DNA from: Dudresnaya verticillata
Lineage: Eukaryota
Direction: 5' to 3'
NCBI GenBank assembly: GCA_977862235.1
Contig: OZ374563.1
Coordinates: forward strand, 1,550,001-1,614,000
Length of the DNA: 64,000 nt
Shown here: piece after piece, positions 25,946-37,911 of the stretch
How the letters are laid out: every line of letters starts with the position of its first letter
Position numbering within the stretch: position 1 is the stretch's first letter
Notes under the pieces: generated by a model
Database searches by the model: none
What the model was told of the DNA's origin: nothing
Seen by the model: only the letters and a program-made list of their open reading frames with translations
Position numbers and translations under genes: made by a program

Positions 25946-26596
25946 TTTGGAAGAATGAATCGCAGCAGAATTCTGGCGCACTGTAAAGCGTGTGTGTGCA
26001 TTAAGGTGTAGGACGCCCACTCGCATCAAGGTGTAAGTCGCGCATAAGTGCCGTGCGCTGTAAGGACGTTGCACCCCGCTGGCGTCTCTGCTGGCACCAC
26101 AATTGATGGAAAACTGCCATTGGGTAATTCATTACGGCCGCTCACGCGGCCCGACACGGTAAGACCGCTAATCCGTATTTGTAACTGACAACAGTACTAT
26201 TAGATTAATAATTACCGCTAGAATAGCTTAGATTAGCTCATAGGAGGTAAGAGCACTTCCGGCTCTGCTATACGTAATAGGTTCCTGAGTAGCAGGGGCC
26301 TCCTGAAAAGAACCCTACGGTGGGTTTGGGTCTTTTTCCCTTTTCTGGAATTCACGGACTCACCGTACCTTTTGCCCCTTTCAGGCGCTCTACGAGCCTT
26401 GTCTCCATACGACGGATGCTCTGCGCGAGCTGGATAGCGCCGCCCTTCCTTTTCGCCCTTTTCCTAGGCTTTGTGCCTTTTCCCCAAGTCTCTACCAACT
26501 CCCTTTTCCCCCCCGAGCTACCAAAGCTAGTACTGGCCATAGGACAGGTGTCCTGGTTGTTTCCGTTCTACCTGGCCCCGTGGCCATTCTACTACA
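25946..26596 (+). mobile_element. LTR, family of the 41974-42621 solo LTR
   Basis: Collinear similarity with 41974-42621 along its length and ends CTACTACA. Preceded by purine-rich AATGAGAGGGCCG (possible PPT). No clean TSD. Confidence 0.8.
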
Positions 26597-27027
26597 CCCG
26601 TGTAGACCAAAGAAAGGGCATAGACCCGAAACCCCTCCGTAGGGTTCTATTCAGCAGGCCCCTGCTAGTCAGTGCACAGTCAAGGGCGCAATAAATACAG
26701 TGGTGGCAAAAACTATACGAAATGTAGCCTTATTGCGTATTTCGAAAACGTTTTAAGCTATCTTGGAAATGTTTTGCTCATTACACACCCTGCAGGCGGG
26801 GCAACCATTAGTGTGGACCATTTTCACAAAAAGGGAAAATTTCTCGATTTATCAGCAGGATTCCCGTACATTGCTGGCAAAAACTATAACTGCACTCTAC
26901 CTGAAGCGCCTTTAGCGCACCAAAAAGGCTTCAATTGCCGCCAAACTATGCCACCCATCGCTACTCAAGGGGGCAGGGGCTCCGGACGTGCACCGAGGTC
27001 CCAGGCACCCCGTCACCTCCCCATACG

Positions 27028-27875
27028 ATGCCTCGAGGTTAGCGGCTCTCTAACTTTGAAAAGGGCCAGGTTCTGGCCCACCGAGCGAACTGCCTGACAA
27101 TTGCTGCAATCGCAAGGGAGCTGAACCGTTCAAGAACGGTAATCGCGAGCTTTCTAAAGGATGAAAGGTGCTACAACCGCAAAAACAACGGCGGAAGACC
27201 CCGAAAAATGACAGACGCCGACAAGAGACGCATAATCAGGGAGGCTGGCAAGGGCGAGCTCGGCTCAGCGGGAATCGTAAAAGCTCTTCACCTCAATCTA
27301 AAGGCTCGTAGGGTCCGTCAGGTCCTGTCTGAGAGTTCGCACTTACGTTACAAACGAATTGCCCGCAGCCAGCGATGAAACGACGACATGAAAAAACCCG
27401 GGTTGCTTGGGCTATGGAACGGATGACGTGGAGCCGACAAAAATGGGACAGTATCGTGTGGACGGATGAGAAGAAGTTCAACTTGGATGGGCCTGATGGT
27501 TTGGCGTACAAATGGCATGATTTGAGAATGGAAAAGCAGTGGTTCTCTAAACGTCATAGTGGAGGACAAAGTGTGATGATTTGGGCTGGTTTTGCGCGGA
27601 AGAAAACGTCCGAACTAGTCATTTTAAGCGGAAAGCAGGACGGAACTAAGTATTGCAAGACCCTTGGGGATCATTTGCTTCCGTTTGCGGAAGATTTGCC
27701 GGTAACTTGGCAGCTAATGCAGGACGGAGCTCCATGCCATCGGGCAAGAGTCGCCAAAACCTGGCTTGAAGACAACTCCGTTTCGGCCATTGAGTGGCCT
27801 GCGTACTCTCCAGACCTCAAACCTATTGAAAACCTATGGGGTATACTAGTTCGCAAGGTTTACGCGAACCAAAGA
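27028..27875 (+). pseudogene. Tc3-like DD34E transposase, 5' part
   Basis: MPRG*RLS...GRPRK HTH region, frameshift near 27370, then WTDEKKFNLDGPDG, QDGAPCH, SPDLKPIENLW with 34 residues between D and E. Cut at N-Q-R by the Gypsy element. Confidence 0.93.
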
Positions 27876-28712
27876 TGTGGCGCACGGGGGGAGTCGAGCT
27901 TTTATCTCCTCGCCATGGGCGTCAAGGGCCTCGGCGACCGACGGACGGTCGCCTGAAACGGCTTTTACGCCGTTGGCGCGAGCACGTCATCGACGATTGG
28001 CCTACGGACGCGCGGACGCCGCAACCCAGCGCCGCGCACGCCCCACGCACTGTACGGCGCGACGCTGCAGAGCGGATCTGGATGATGCATCGGGATCAAC
28101 GAGGTGTAAGGGAGTTGACTGTCGGGTTGGCCCGGATCCTGATCGAATCCGGATCCGACATCCAGATCGGACATCGGGATCCGCTGTAAGAGAAAAGCGC
28201 CTGTAATACGGTGCCAATCGCGATCCGAATCCGGATCGCCTACAGCACCGTGCGTCTGCGCCTCTGTAAGACGCACGCGCCGGCGCACAGCGGCTGCATT
28301 GTCCCGGGACGTGTCAGACACACCTCTACGCGACACGCGTCCCGGGTTCCCACGCACTACGTCATGCAGCCGCTGCGCCGCGGCTCTATAGTATTACTTA
28401 GGTACCTCGTCCAGGACGTAACAGTAAAGCCCGGTAAGCCGGTTTGGGTCTAAACTTCCCTTCCGCGACAGCGCGCACCCTACCGCTGCCCGGAAGCATA
28501 AGCGTCTACCTATCCGTGTTTCCACGTTCCTAACCGTTGCTAACGTGTTTCCTTTTGGGTTTCTTTGCCCCTTTGTCCGCTCGCCCTGGGTGTTTGCAGT
28601 CCGCCCTAGGCGTGTTCAACCTGCTCTACCAAGTTCGCTACCAGCGGCTACCCATCGGGCTCCCGAACGGCCCGGAGGTGTTCTCCGTCTTCAGCACGAC
28701 GTTTGCACGACA
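27876..28712 (+). repeat. 5' LTR (837 bp)
   Basis: TGTGGCGCAC...GCACGACA. Homologous to the split 3' LTR 40614-43047. Confidence 0.92.
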
Positions 28713-28714
28713 AC

Positions 28715-28730
28715 TGGTCTCCCGACCTAG
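28715..28730 (+). promoter_or_regulatory. Primer-binding site, possibly tRNA-Tyr
   Basis: TGGTCTCCCGACCTAG lies 2 nt after the LTR and is complementary to a tRNA ending ...GGGAGA-CCA. Confidence 0.85.
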
Positions 28731-29269
28731 AAGCTGCTACGTATCTACGAATTTTAACGTGTGTGAGACGATCGCTTAACCGTCACCCTGACGTGCTGCC
28801 CATCGTTCACGACGTTCGCCTACCTCTTCGAAACAATCATGGGTCCACCGCGACCACCGTTATCGCGTGGATCCTCCCGACGCCCGTCTTCGACGCCCTG
28901 CACAATGCCACCGTCGGGACCGGCCCAACCCATGACGACGCGATCTGGTCGTCACGTCAGCCCGGAGATTGCCTCAGCCTTTACGGAACCGCCGGACCAT
29001 GACGTGTCACACACTTCGCTGAACAGGGGAGAACCTGCTCCCCCGCCGAATCCGATCGTCGTTCGTACTTCAGTCCCGGAAGTCTCCACCCTCCGTACCT
29101 ACCACACGTATGTTGACTCCGCCGACACCGTCCAGGCGGAGCAGCAACGCGTCGTAGACGGAACAAAAGCCGGCCTTGCCAGGAACAACAACAACCAACC
29201 CCGGCTTCACAGCCACAACAACAACTACCAACCGGAAACGTCGAGGACGATGGAAGCCGTTTAGCGCCC

Positions 29270-31396
29270 TTGGACGTCATCGACGATTCCCCCGCTGCGA
29301 GGGACTGTTGTCCCACGCCTCATGGCAGTGCCGAATGTTCTCCGGCAGAGCCGTCTGGCCAAAGTGGCAACGCAGAGTCGTCACCGGTGTGGCGAAGCCC
29401 CGCCGGACAAAGTCCAACACGACCTTCGCCCGCGGCGTCTCCTGCGTCCGCCCGCGTGGGTAATCTCACGATTCCCCGCGACCGCATCCGAGACGTTTGC
29501 GTCATTGAGGAAGATACGTTGTTAGCGCGATTCGCGGAAATGCTCGACAACAGTGTCGGGGGAATCTGTAGCCGTCTACAGACGTTAGAGGAGGGTCGAG
29601 ACGGAGTCCTACAGGGTTTACGAACGGACCTTGACCGTCTGATGACGAACCCGGGTACCAACGCCAAGCAACCCGCTACAGTAACGATCAACTCGCAGTC
29701 CGAACTGAGTTCGCGCGAGCGTTTCAATCGCCTGGTAACTCGTTTGGAACGATTGGAAACCGCTAAGTTGCGTCAAGGACAACCACCATCGTCTGAGGAC
29801 GAAAGCGACGACGAAGATCGTCGCCGCCGAAAAGGCCGCAAGCATCGCGACCAACGAAAGAAACGCCAAGAGCGAAAGAAGAACCGTCGAAGATGCCATG
29901 GAGATTCCTCATCTTCCTCCGACTCGTCAATTGACAGAGAATCGTCAGGTACTTCAACGGATGACGAAGAGTATCCAACCCACAGCGGGGCCGTAAGGCC
30001 ACGCGGCAAACGGTTCAAGGGATTGAAGGAGCTACTCCCCTCCAGCCCCCTCTTCGATCGAATCTTGTCGTATCGTACTTATCGTCTAACAGACGTCGGG
30101 CAAAGATGTTCCGGACGTGAAACAGGGAAGGTCAAGGACCACATCAAACGTCTAGAGTTGACGATGAAGGACGCCGCCTTCACGGGCGACGACCCGGTCC
30201 TAATCCTCGAGTTCCTTACGCGTTTCGCGGATGAGGCCGATACGCTAGAAATGAGCGAAGCTCAAGCGTTCGTAGCGTTGCCGTACTTCTTACGAGGTAC
30301 GGCGTCAACGCAGTTCCGATCCGTCAAGTCGACGTCAACACGCCATCGAGGCGGGGTCTCTTCATACCCGGAAGCGGTACAATACCTCCTCCGTGCGTAC
30401 GCAACGCCTTCGGCGATTCGATCCGCCGTACTGGCGTTACGTTCAACAGCACAGAAACGGTCCGAAGATGAAACTGCCTACGGCATGCTACTCGCTGGAG
30501 CGTGCATCCGTTGCGGTAACGTGTACCCTGACTGGGAGAAGATGACCCTATTCATTGACGGACTTGACCCGTCGATACGACCGCTGGTTGCCCGCTTCCG
30601 CGAAGAGACGCCGAGGGCGGAGCTATCGTTCGAACGATTGGTGCACTTCGCACAAGACGAAGGCGACGCGCATCGCGCATAACACGGCAGGGCCGGACAT
30701 AGTTCGGGTCGACAGGATATATTGGTGCCGGCACAAGTCGCTCGCAACGTACGACCCGCTGTCGCGGTCAACCGTCAACCGACGAAGAGTCCAAAACCGA
30801 CGGCACGCGCCATGCTCGCGGAGTCGTCCGTCGAATTCCGAGACGTTAGCCACCGCGACGACGATGTCGAAACGCACGCCGAGGGCGACTTGTACCTAGC
30901 CGACGAACAACTCTCGATACCAACGTCGGCATTGCCGACAGACAGTTACGTCGAAGACGAAGAAGAAATGGACCCCGCCCTCGCCTTTGGGCGCTCGAAC
31001 GTACCGGCGCCGCGCGTACCATATTCCGAATACGCCCCGCATGTTCACCGCGCAAGGCCCGGATGGCAGGACCGAGTTCCTCCTCGTCAAGACTTACGGC
31101 GACAACTTATTTGCCATCAGTGCTATGCGCGCGGCCACATTGCGCCGGAATGCTTCTTGCGAATGAGTGACTTCATGAAGGTCGTCGCCAACTACGAGGG
31201 CCTGACGGAGACTGAGAGGAACGGAGTACCCGCTGATGCGTACCACCGTTGTAAGGAACAAGCCACGAAGGAAGCAGCCCGTCGCGCCGCGCGTTCATCA
31301 TCGCCAAGGGCGGGACTTGCACCGCGTGCAGCCAAACGCCATCCGACGATGCTAAACCGCTACATAGCGCAACCACCGCCGGAGGCGAAAAACTAA
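29270..31396 (+). pseudogene. gag: Gag with CCHC zinc knuckle, one premature stop
   Basis: ORFs 29270-30682 and 30722-31396 are in frame across TAA 30680. Capsid-like FTGDDPVLILEFL region and CHQCYARGHIAPEC knuckle. True start uncertain. Confidence 0.85.
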
Positions 31397-34300
31397 TCCG
31401 GGCACCGACTCCTGACACTGGGGTGTCACACCAAAACGAGAGGCCCCCGCCTCGGGTGTTGACACGGAAGGAGGGCCCGAAGCCCCTTAAGGAAGACGCC
31501 GAAGGGCGAATAAAACCGTCGCAGACGTCACTGAAACGCCCATTTCATAGGTACCAGCCCCCGAAGAGGCGAGGACAGTTGTTCGTAATGGCCAAGCGAA
31601 ATTACAAGGTGTACGCCGACCTTGGCACCACCACCAATACCTTGGCCCGTAAACTTACTGTCCTCGACACCGGGGCTGGTCCTAACTTCATCCGTATTAT
31701 CGAGATCCCGCTAGAAGCGCATTCACATACTGTCGCCAAGAGCCTGCCCGTTATTTCCGACGCCAACAATAAGGCAATACAGACGCGCGGAACCATTGAT
31801 TTGGTCGTACGTCTCGGACTATGGGTCGTTAAATTGGAATTAATCGTATGTGAACGGCTCGCTGCGCCGGTCATACTCGGTTGCGACTTTTGCGACCGCT
31901 TTGTCGAAGCGATATATCCGCGAAGTCGCGAAGTTGAATTAGACGACGGGACCCGAGTCCCGATCACACGCCGTCCGCTTCGTCGACCGCCGTCGTACCC
32001 GCCGTTACAACCGGAGCAAGAGTACGGCCAAGACGGAGGGAGGACTTCGCCCAAGATTCGTTCAACCGAACGTACCATCATCCCGCCTCAGGCGCAGAAG
32101 TGGGTCTCTGTTACCACGGAGCGTTCCGGAGGGATTACGATCCAGCCGTTCGGAACGATGAATGATCGGCAAGGCATGCTCGTTACGAACGGGATTGCCC
32201 AGGTGGAGCCGCTCAAAGCGTTCCGCATCCTGGTCGCCAACTTCTCGCCTCGGGCGCAATCGCTAGCAAAAGGGCAATTCGTTTCCATGGCGTTACCACA
32301 TCCAACAGCAGTGTTCCCCAGTCACATAAGTCTGGCCAATGTATTGGGTATCGCCGAAGACCAAGTACAGGGTGAGGAAGCCAAGCAAGACTTTCGTTTT
32401 AAAACGAACGATGGCGTCGCGGCAAAACTGGACACTTTCGATAAGTCTATCGAAGCGACGCTCGCCAAGCCTCCGTCAGTTGACGATTTGGACTTGCGTC
32501 ATCTGTCCACTGAGCATCAAGGCCGGTTGAAGGAGATGCTGCGCCGAAATTCGTCGATGTGGGACGGCTTAGTAGGAGAAATAGCGACCACGGAGCATTA
32601 CATCGACTTACTTCCCGGCTCCCGCCCGATCTCTTCACCGCCGTATCGCGCTGGCCCGAAACAACGACAGCTCGCTCAAGCGGAGGTCGATCGCATGTTG
32701 CGTCAAGGGGTTATCGAACCCGCACAATCGCCTTGGGCGTCGCCAGTCGTCTTCGCCCCGAAGAAGGACGGTACTCTTCGCTTTTGCGTTGATTATCGTC
32801 GACTGAACGCAGTAATCGTGCGGGATACGTACCCGTTACCAAGGATTGACGAGTGCATCGACAGCCTAGGGGATGCCAACGTCTTCACCACCCTAGACTG
32901 TAATAGCGGATACTGGCAAGTGCCAATTGCTCCGCGGGATCGCGACAAGACAGCCTTCACGTGCCACGCCGGTCTCTTCCGCTATAAGCGTATGCCTTTC
33001 GGATTGACCAACGCCCCGGCCACGTTTCAACGAACTCTCGACATATTACTCGCCGGGTATAAGTGGCGTTCGTGCCTCGTCTATTTGGACGACGTTATTC
33101 TCTTTTCCAAGAACGTGGACACGCACTTCCGTCAAGTTGACGAAATTCTTTCAACTCTCCACCGAGCCGGGGTGACTTTGAAGTTGGTCAAGTGTGACTT
33201 CTTCACCCCGACTGTCAATTGCCTGGGTCATGTGATACGTCTAGGACGATCGGAAGTCGACCGAACGGTTACCGCCGCCCTACGCGAAGCCAAGCACCCG
33301 CGGGACCAGAAGGAGCTACGCAGCTTCCTCGGGTTGTGTAACGTCTATAGACGATTCATGTCGCGTTACGCGCATGTCGCGGAGCCCCTCAATAAGTTGC
33401 TCCGAAAGGAGCAAGAGTTCACACTACCTTCATTTGACGAAGTACAAGCGGCCGCGTTCGAAACTCTCGTTGAGGCCGTAACCAGTCCGCAGGTTTTGGC
33501 GCTACCACAGCCAGGCCTGCACTACTCCGTCGATTGTGACGCTAGAGACTACCAAGTAGGGTGCGCTCTCTTTCAGACGCAATCCAACGGGGAACGGAAG
33601 ACACTCGGGTTCTGGTCGCGTTCGCTTACCGCTCTGGAGCGCAACTATTCCGTCCCTGAGAAGGAATGTCTCGCGGTAGTGTGGTCCGTTACAACGTTGC
33701 GCCCTTACCTCCAGATGGAGTCGTTCACCGTACACACGGACCACTCGTCGCTGAGGTGGCTGATGGAAATCAGCGACCCCTCGGGACGTTTGATGAGATG
33801 GAGACTTCGCCTCACGGAATTCGACTTCGTCGTTAAATACAAGAAGGGTTACTTGAATACCCAGGCCGATGCCCTTTCGCGTCTACAGACGAATGGGGAG
33901 ACGGTTGAACCGATCGACGACGATGTGCCGTGCTACCATGGGGGACACGTCGAGGACGAACATCAGACGTTAACCGACGGTGCGACTGGCGCCGACGGCG
34001 AAGTCGACTTTTTAGAAACGGGCTTCGAAGAGTTCGACCGGCTACTCGTCGCAAACACGCCTTCAACGGACGAGGTGCTCTTACGTCAGGTAACGCACGA
34101 AGAGCTGATCCACGCCCAGGCCAACGACGGGTACTGTACTGAAATTCGGAAGCGTCTCGATGAAGGAGAGTCGATACCGTTCGCGATGGACGAGAAAGGA
34201 CGACTCATACGAACCGTAGAGGCCCGGCCACAAACCGTTGTGCCATTCGCGTTACGTGCACGCCTCCTGAACCTCAGGCATTACGCTGAGTTAGCGGCAC

Positions 34301-35562
34301 ACCCCGGAGGAAGGAAGTTGTATCAGATGCTCCGACGCGAATTCTATTGGCCGTCCATGACGGTAGATTGTTACGCAACTGTTCGCAACTGCCCTACTTG
34401 CGTGAAGAACCGCGTCTTGCTACGGAAGAACGTGAAGGAGATTAAGCTGTTTCCGGCTACCGAGCCGCTAGAGTTCGTTTGTATCGATATACTTGGAGAA
34501 CTCATACGTACGAAACGGGGAAACAAGTTCCTCCTTGTAATCGTCGACCGCTTCTCGAAGCTGGTCAGGACGGTACCTTTGCGTACAGTTACGGCTTTAG
34601 AAATCGCAAAAGAGTTCGTCCGACATTGGGTATTCGTGTATGGCCCGCCCAAGCGCTTACTGTCAGATAATGGGCCGCAGTTCGTCGCCAAACTATTTCA
34701 GGACGTCTGTCGTCCACTGGGTGTCGAGAATCTCTTCACCACGACGTATCACCCGCAGTGTAACGGACAGGTAGAACGGTTTAACCGAACGATACTCGCA
34801 TCATTGCGTCATTACGTGGCGGACCATCCTCGCGATTGGGATATGTTCACAGATGCTTTGACCTTTGGTTACAACACGCAGATTCACTCGTCCACACAGT
34901 TATCGCCGTTCGAGTTGGTACTCTCTCGGCTACCACTCCCGCTGTCGCTCCAAGCAGAACCGTCGCTGGAAAGCGTCCCCACCGGTGGCCAATACTACAC
35001 GAAGTGGAGTGCATGGCTGACCGCATTGATGAGTACCGCGACAGCGACCTTCGCGCAAACGCAAGCCCGCTATAAACGAAACTTCGACGCCCGACTACGG
35101 AAGTGTGCCGAGAAAATTGTCGCAGGAGACTTCGTATTTGTACGCAAGGAGTATTTCGCCAGAGGCAGCTCGAGGGATCAAGCGGAGCGCAAGCACAAGC
35201 TGGCGCCAGTGGAGGATGGGCCCTACCGAGTGATCAGCGTCGAAGACGGTACGATTACCGTCGACAAAGGACGTAAAGAACGCGAACGCTTGTCAAGGGA
35301 CCGCGTGGTTTGGGCGCCGACTACTTCGGGTCACATCGCAATCAACACCGCCACGACTGCGGGTCCGCCGTCTAATGGGGCGCCACCAAACCAAGGAGTC
35401 TTCAACGACGAGACGAACGCCGCTGCAGCGACACCCCCGGATGGGAGTGATCAACAGATGCATGGCGACCGTTCGCCACAGGCGTCCGTTCGCGGCTTGG
35501 CCGAGTTGGCTCTGTTCGCGGCCGGGCCCGGTAGTGAGTCATCGCAGTCCGTCTCAGACGAC
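31393..35562 (+). CDS. pol: Pol (protease, RT, RNase H, integrase), interrupted by a solo LTR
   Basis: LDTGA, YPLPRID, MPFGL, YLDD, RNase H DCDA..EKECLA, integrase HHCC and D,D35E (DNGPQF, NGQVERFN), GPY. Open in the -1 frame from the end of gag. Confidence 0.95.
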
Positions 35563-36289
35563 TGTAGTAGAACGGCTTTGAAGCCAACAGAGACGGCGAC
35601 ACGGCACGACAGCTGTCCTCAAAGAGCGATCCCACTCGCGTGGTTGGTAGCTCGGTAAAGGGGTGGTAGAGACTTGAAAGGGCTTAAAGCCCTAACAAAG
35701 GAAAAAGGGAAAGGCGAACCCTGCTGAATAGAGCAATTCGTCGTAGACGACAGGGCTTGTAGATGCCCAAAGGGAAGTTGTAGCGGTAGCACCGTAAGCG
35801 TCCAAAAAGGGGAAAACCCAAGGCACAGACCGCTGCCGGTTTAGTGCCGAGCCCCTGCTACTCAGGGGCCCCATAAATACGGCGAGAGCCGAAAAGGTGC
35901 TCCTCGCTCAGTTAGAGCTCTATGGCTAATACTTAGCTAATACTGTACAATACAGGTAGGATATGTCCTTAGATAGAAATGAGTGGTCAGGCCGCAAGGC
36001 GAGCGCGGCGCCACTGTCAGGCGCCGTGCGGCAAACATCCGCCAGCAATGCATGGCGCGATGGTGCGGCCATAGTTAATCCCCAAATGGCACAGTGCCAT
36101 ATCATCTGGAGCAGTGTGCCTTACAGATCAACTCTGTACACGTGTTGCCTTACAGCGCAGGAGCGTTCCAGCAATGAAATCAATCGGAGCACCAGCCATA
36201 TCACCCGGGCAGTTGTCCGCCTGTCATTCCTTACAGAGGAGTCGTGCCCACGTGGCTCCTTACAGGGCGTCAACGCCCGTTATACCACA
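35563..36289 (-). mobile_element. Solo LTR (727 bp) inserted in pol
   Basis: TGTAGTAG...ATACCACA termini with exact TSD ACGAC (35558-35562 / 36290-36294). Confidence 0.92.
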
Positions 36290-36294
36290 ACGAC

Positions 36295-36828
36295 GACCAA
36301 CCGCAAGGCGTCCGCACCCGACTCGGCGTCGCCAGGCATGCCCCGGCTACGCCGCCGGCCGGCCCGACTAAGAGCGCCACCGACGTAACCAAGGCTACGC
36401 TAAGGAGCGAAGGTCAGATCCCGACCATGTCGGCAGCGCAAACGCCAGACGCAAGCGCATCTCCCGCCGAAGGCGTACGTTCGGCTATACGGGACGCTAC
36501 CCGCCCACGGCGATCCTCGCGTCGAGTAGGCATCGCAGGACCATTGGACGCCCACGGCGAAGGACCAAGGCAGCCGAAGGACCCGCCCAAAGCGAAACGT
36601 ACGCAACCAGTCGCTGGCAGCGAAGGCGAGTACGTCATCGATCGGATCGAGAAGCACGCGTTCGCAGATGACGGAGAGATCCTCTACTTCGTGAAATGGT
36701 TCGGATACGCCGCCACAGCGAACACGTGGGAACCGGTATCGAACCTACCCCGTTCGCATATCGTGCGGTACCACCGCCAAAAGCGAACGGACCCTCCACT
36801 GAATATCGACGACGCTCGTTTAGGGTAA
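36295..36828 (+). pseudogene. pol: Detached Pol C-terminus with chromodomain
   Basis: EYVIDRIEKH...YFVKWFGYAATANTWEPVSNL. In frame with pol once the solo LTR and one TSD copy are removed. Confidence 0.92.
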
Positions 36829-37911
36829 TACGCCCCGACCGATCAAGAACGGACTGACGTCCTGGAACGCCAAAGGCGGAAGTACGCTCAGGACGGATCC
36901 TCATACGCACACCCCACAACGGGACTGTCAGCCGAGATGAGCCGAAGCGCTGGCACCACGAAAGCGCCAGACATTGGCTCCGGGTGACAGCGCATGGAAG
37001 AAAAATAACAAAAACAACAAAAATAAATATACGCCACAGGCGCCTCGCGAATGGCCAAGTGTCGCTCCGAACGGTCGAGGGGAAGTCCCGCTACCACTAC
37101 TCGCGAGGACGCGCAGCTGGCCGTCCCGGACGGCTAGCTACGTGACCCACGTCGGCCGCCACCACACTCCGCCTTCGCAGAAATGCGCCGCCATTCACAA
37201 GGGGTACGATCTACCGCACGCCGCAGGCGCCAAGGAGGAAGAAAGAGACGTAATGATTACGCAGAAAAGGGCAACGTAAGGACGCGAGACTCTGGCGCGA
37301 GAGCGTCGCAGACGAGAATAATCGCGGTTACGCCGTCCGTACACGACGCATCGCACCCGAAGCGAGGAGGAAGACGGCCGCACCCTAGGAAGAAAGAGCG
37401 ACGCCTCCGCGCCGGGGCCGTAGCAAACTCGTCGTAACAGCGTCGAGGACGAGTCAAGATGAAGACGGCGTTTTCACAACGCACGCCACCTCCACTCACC
37501 ACGTCCAAGACGAGCGGACAACTCTTCCCGTCAACGACGAGCCGGCCCCGTGCCCAAGTTTCACGACAAGACGCCAAGGGCAATGAGAGGGGCCGATTAT
37601 GCGCGTTGCCCCTAACGTCGAAGACGAGTCGGAGGAACTCCAAACAACAACGACGATGGCGGTTTACGACGATAACATACGTAGACCATCCCCTCGGCCG
37701 TGCGTACGTCAAGGACGAACGATGCGCGGAATACGACGCACGCGCGACATGCCCCCAACGTCTCAAACGCTCAAATGCGCGCCCGACGGCGGACGCGGGT
37801 TACGACACAGGGCTCACAACGACGAGGGATCAGCAAGGTAACACGCGAAAGTAACGAAGATGTTTAGTACGCATATGCGTTCGATAACATCGCTTCGAGT
37901 ACTTATTCTAA

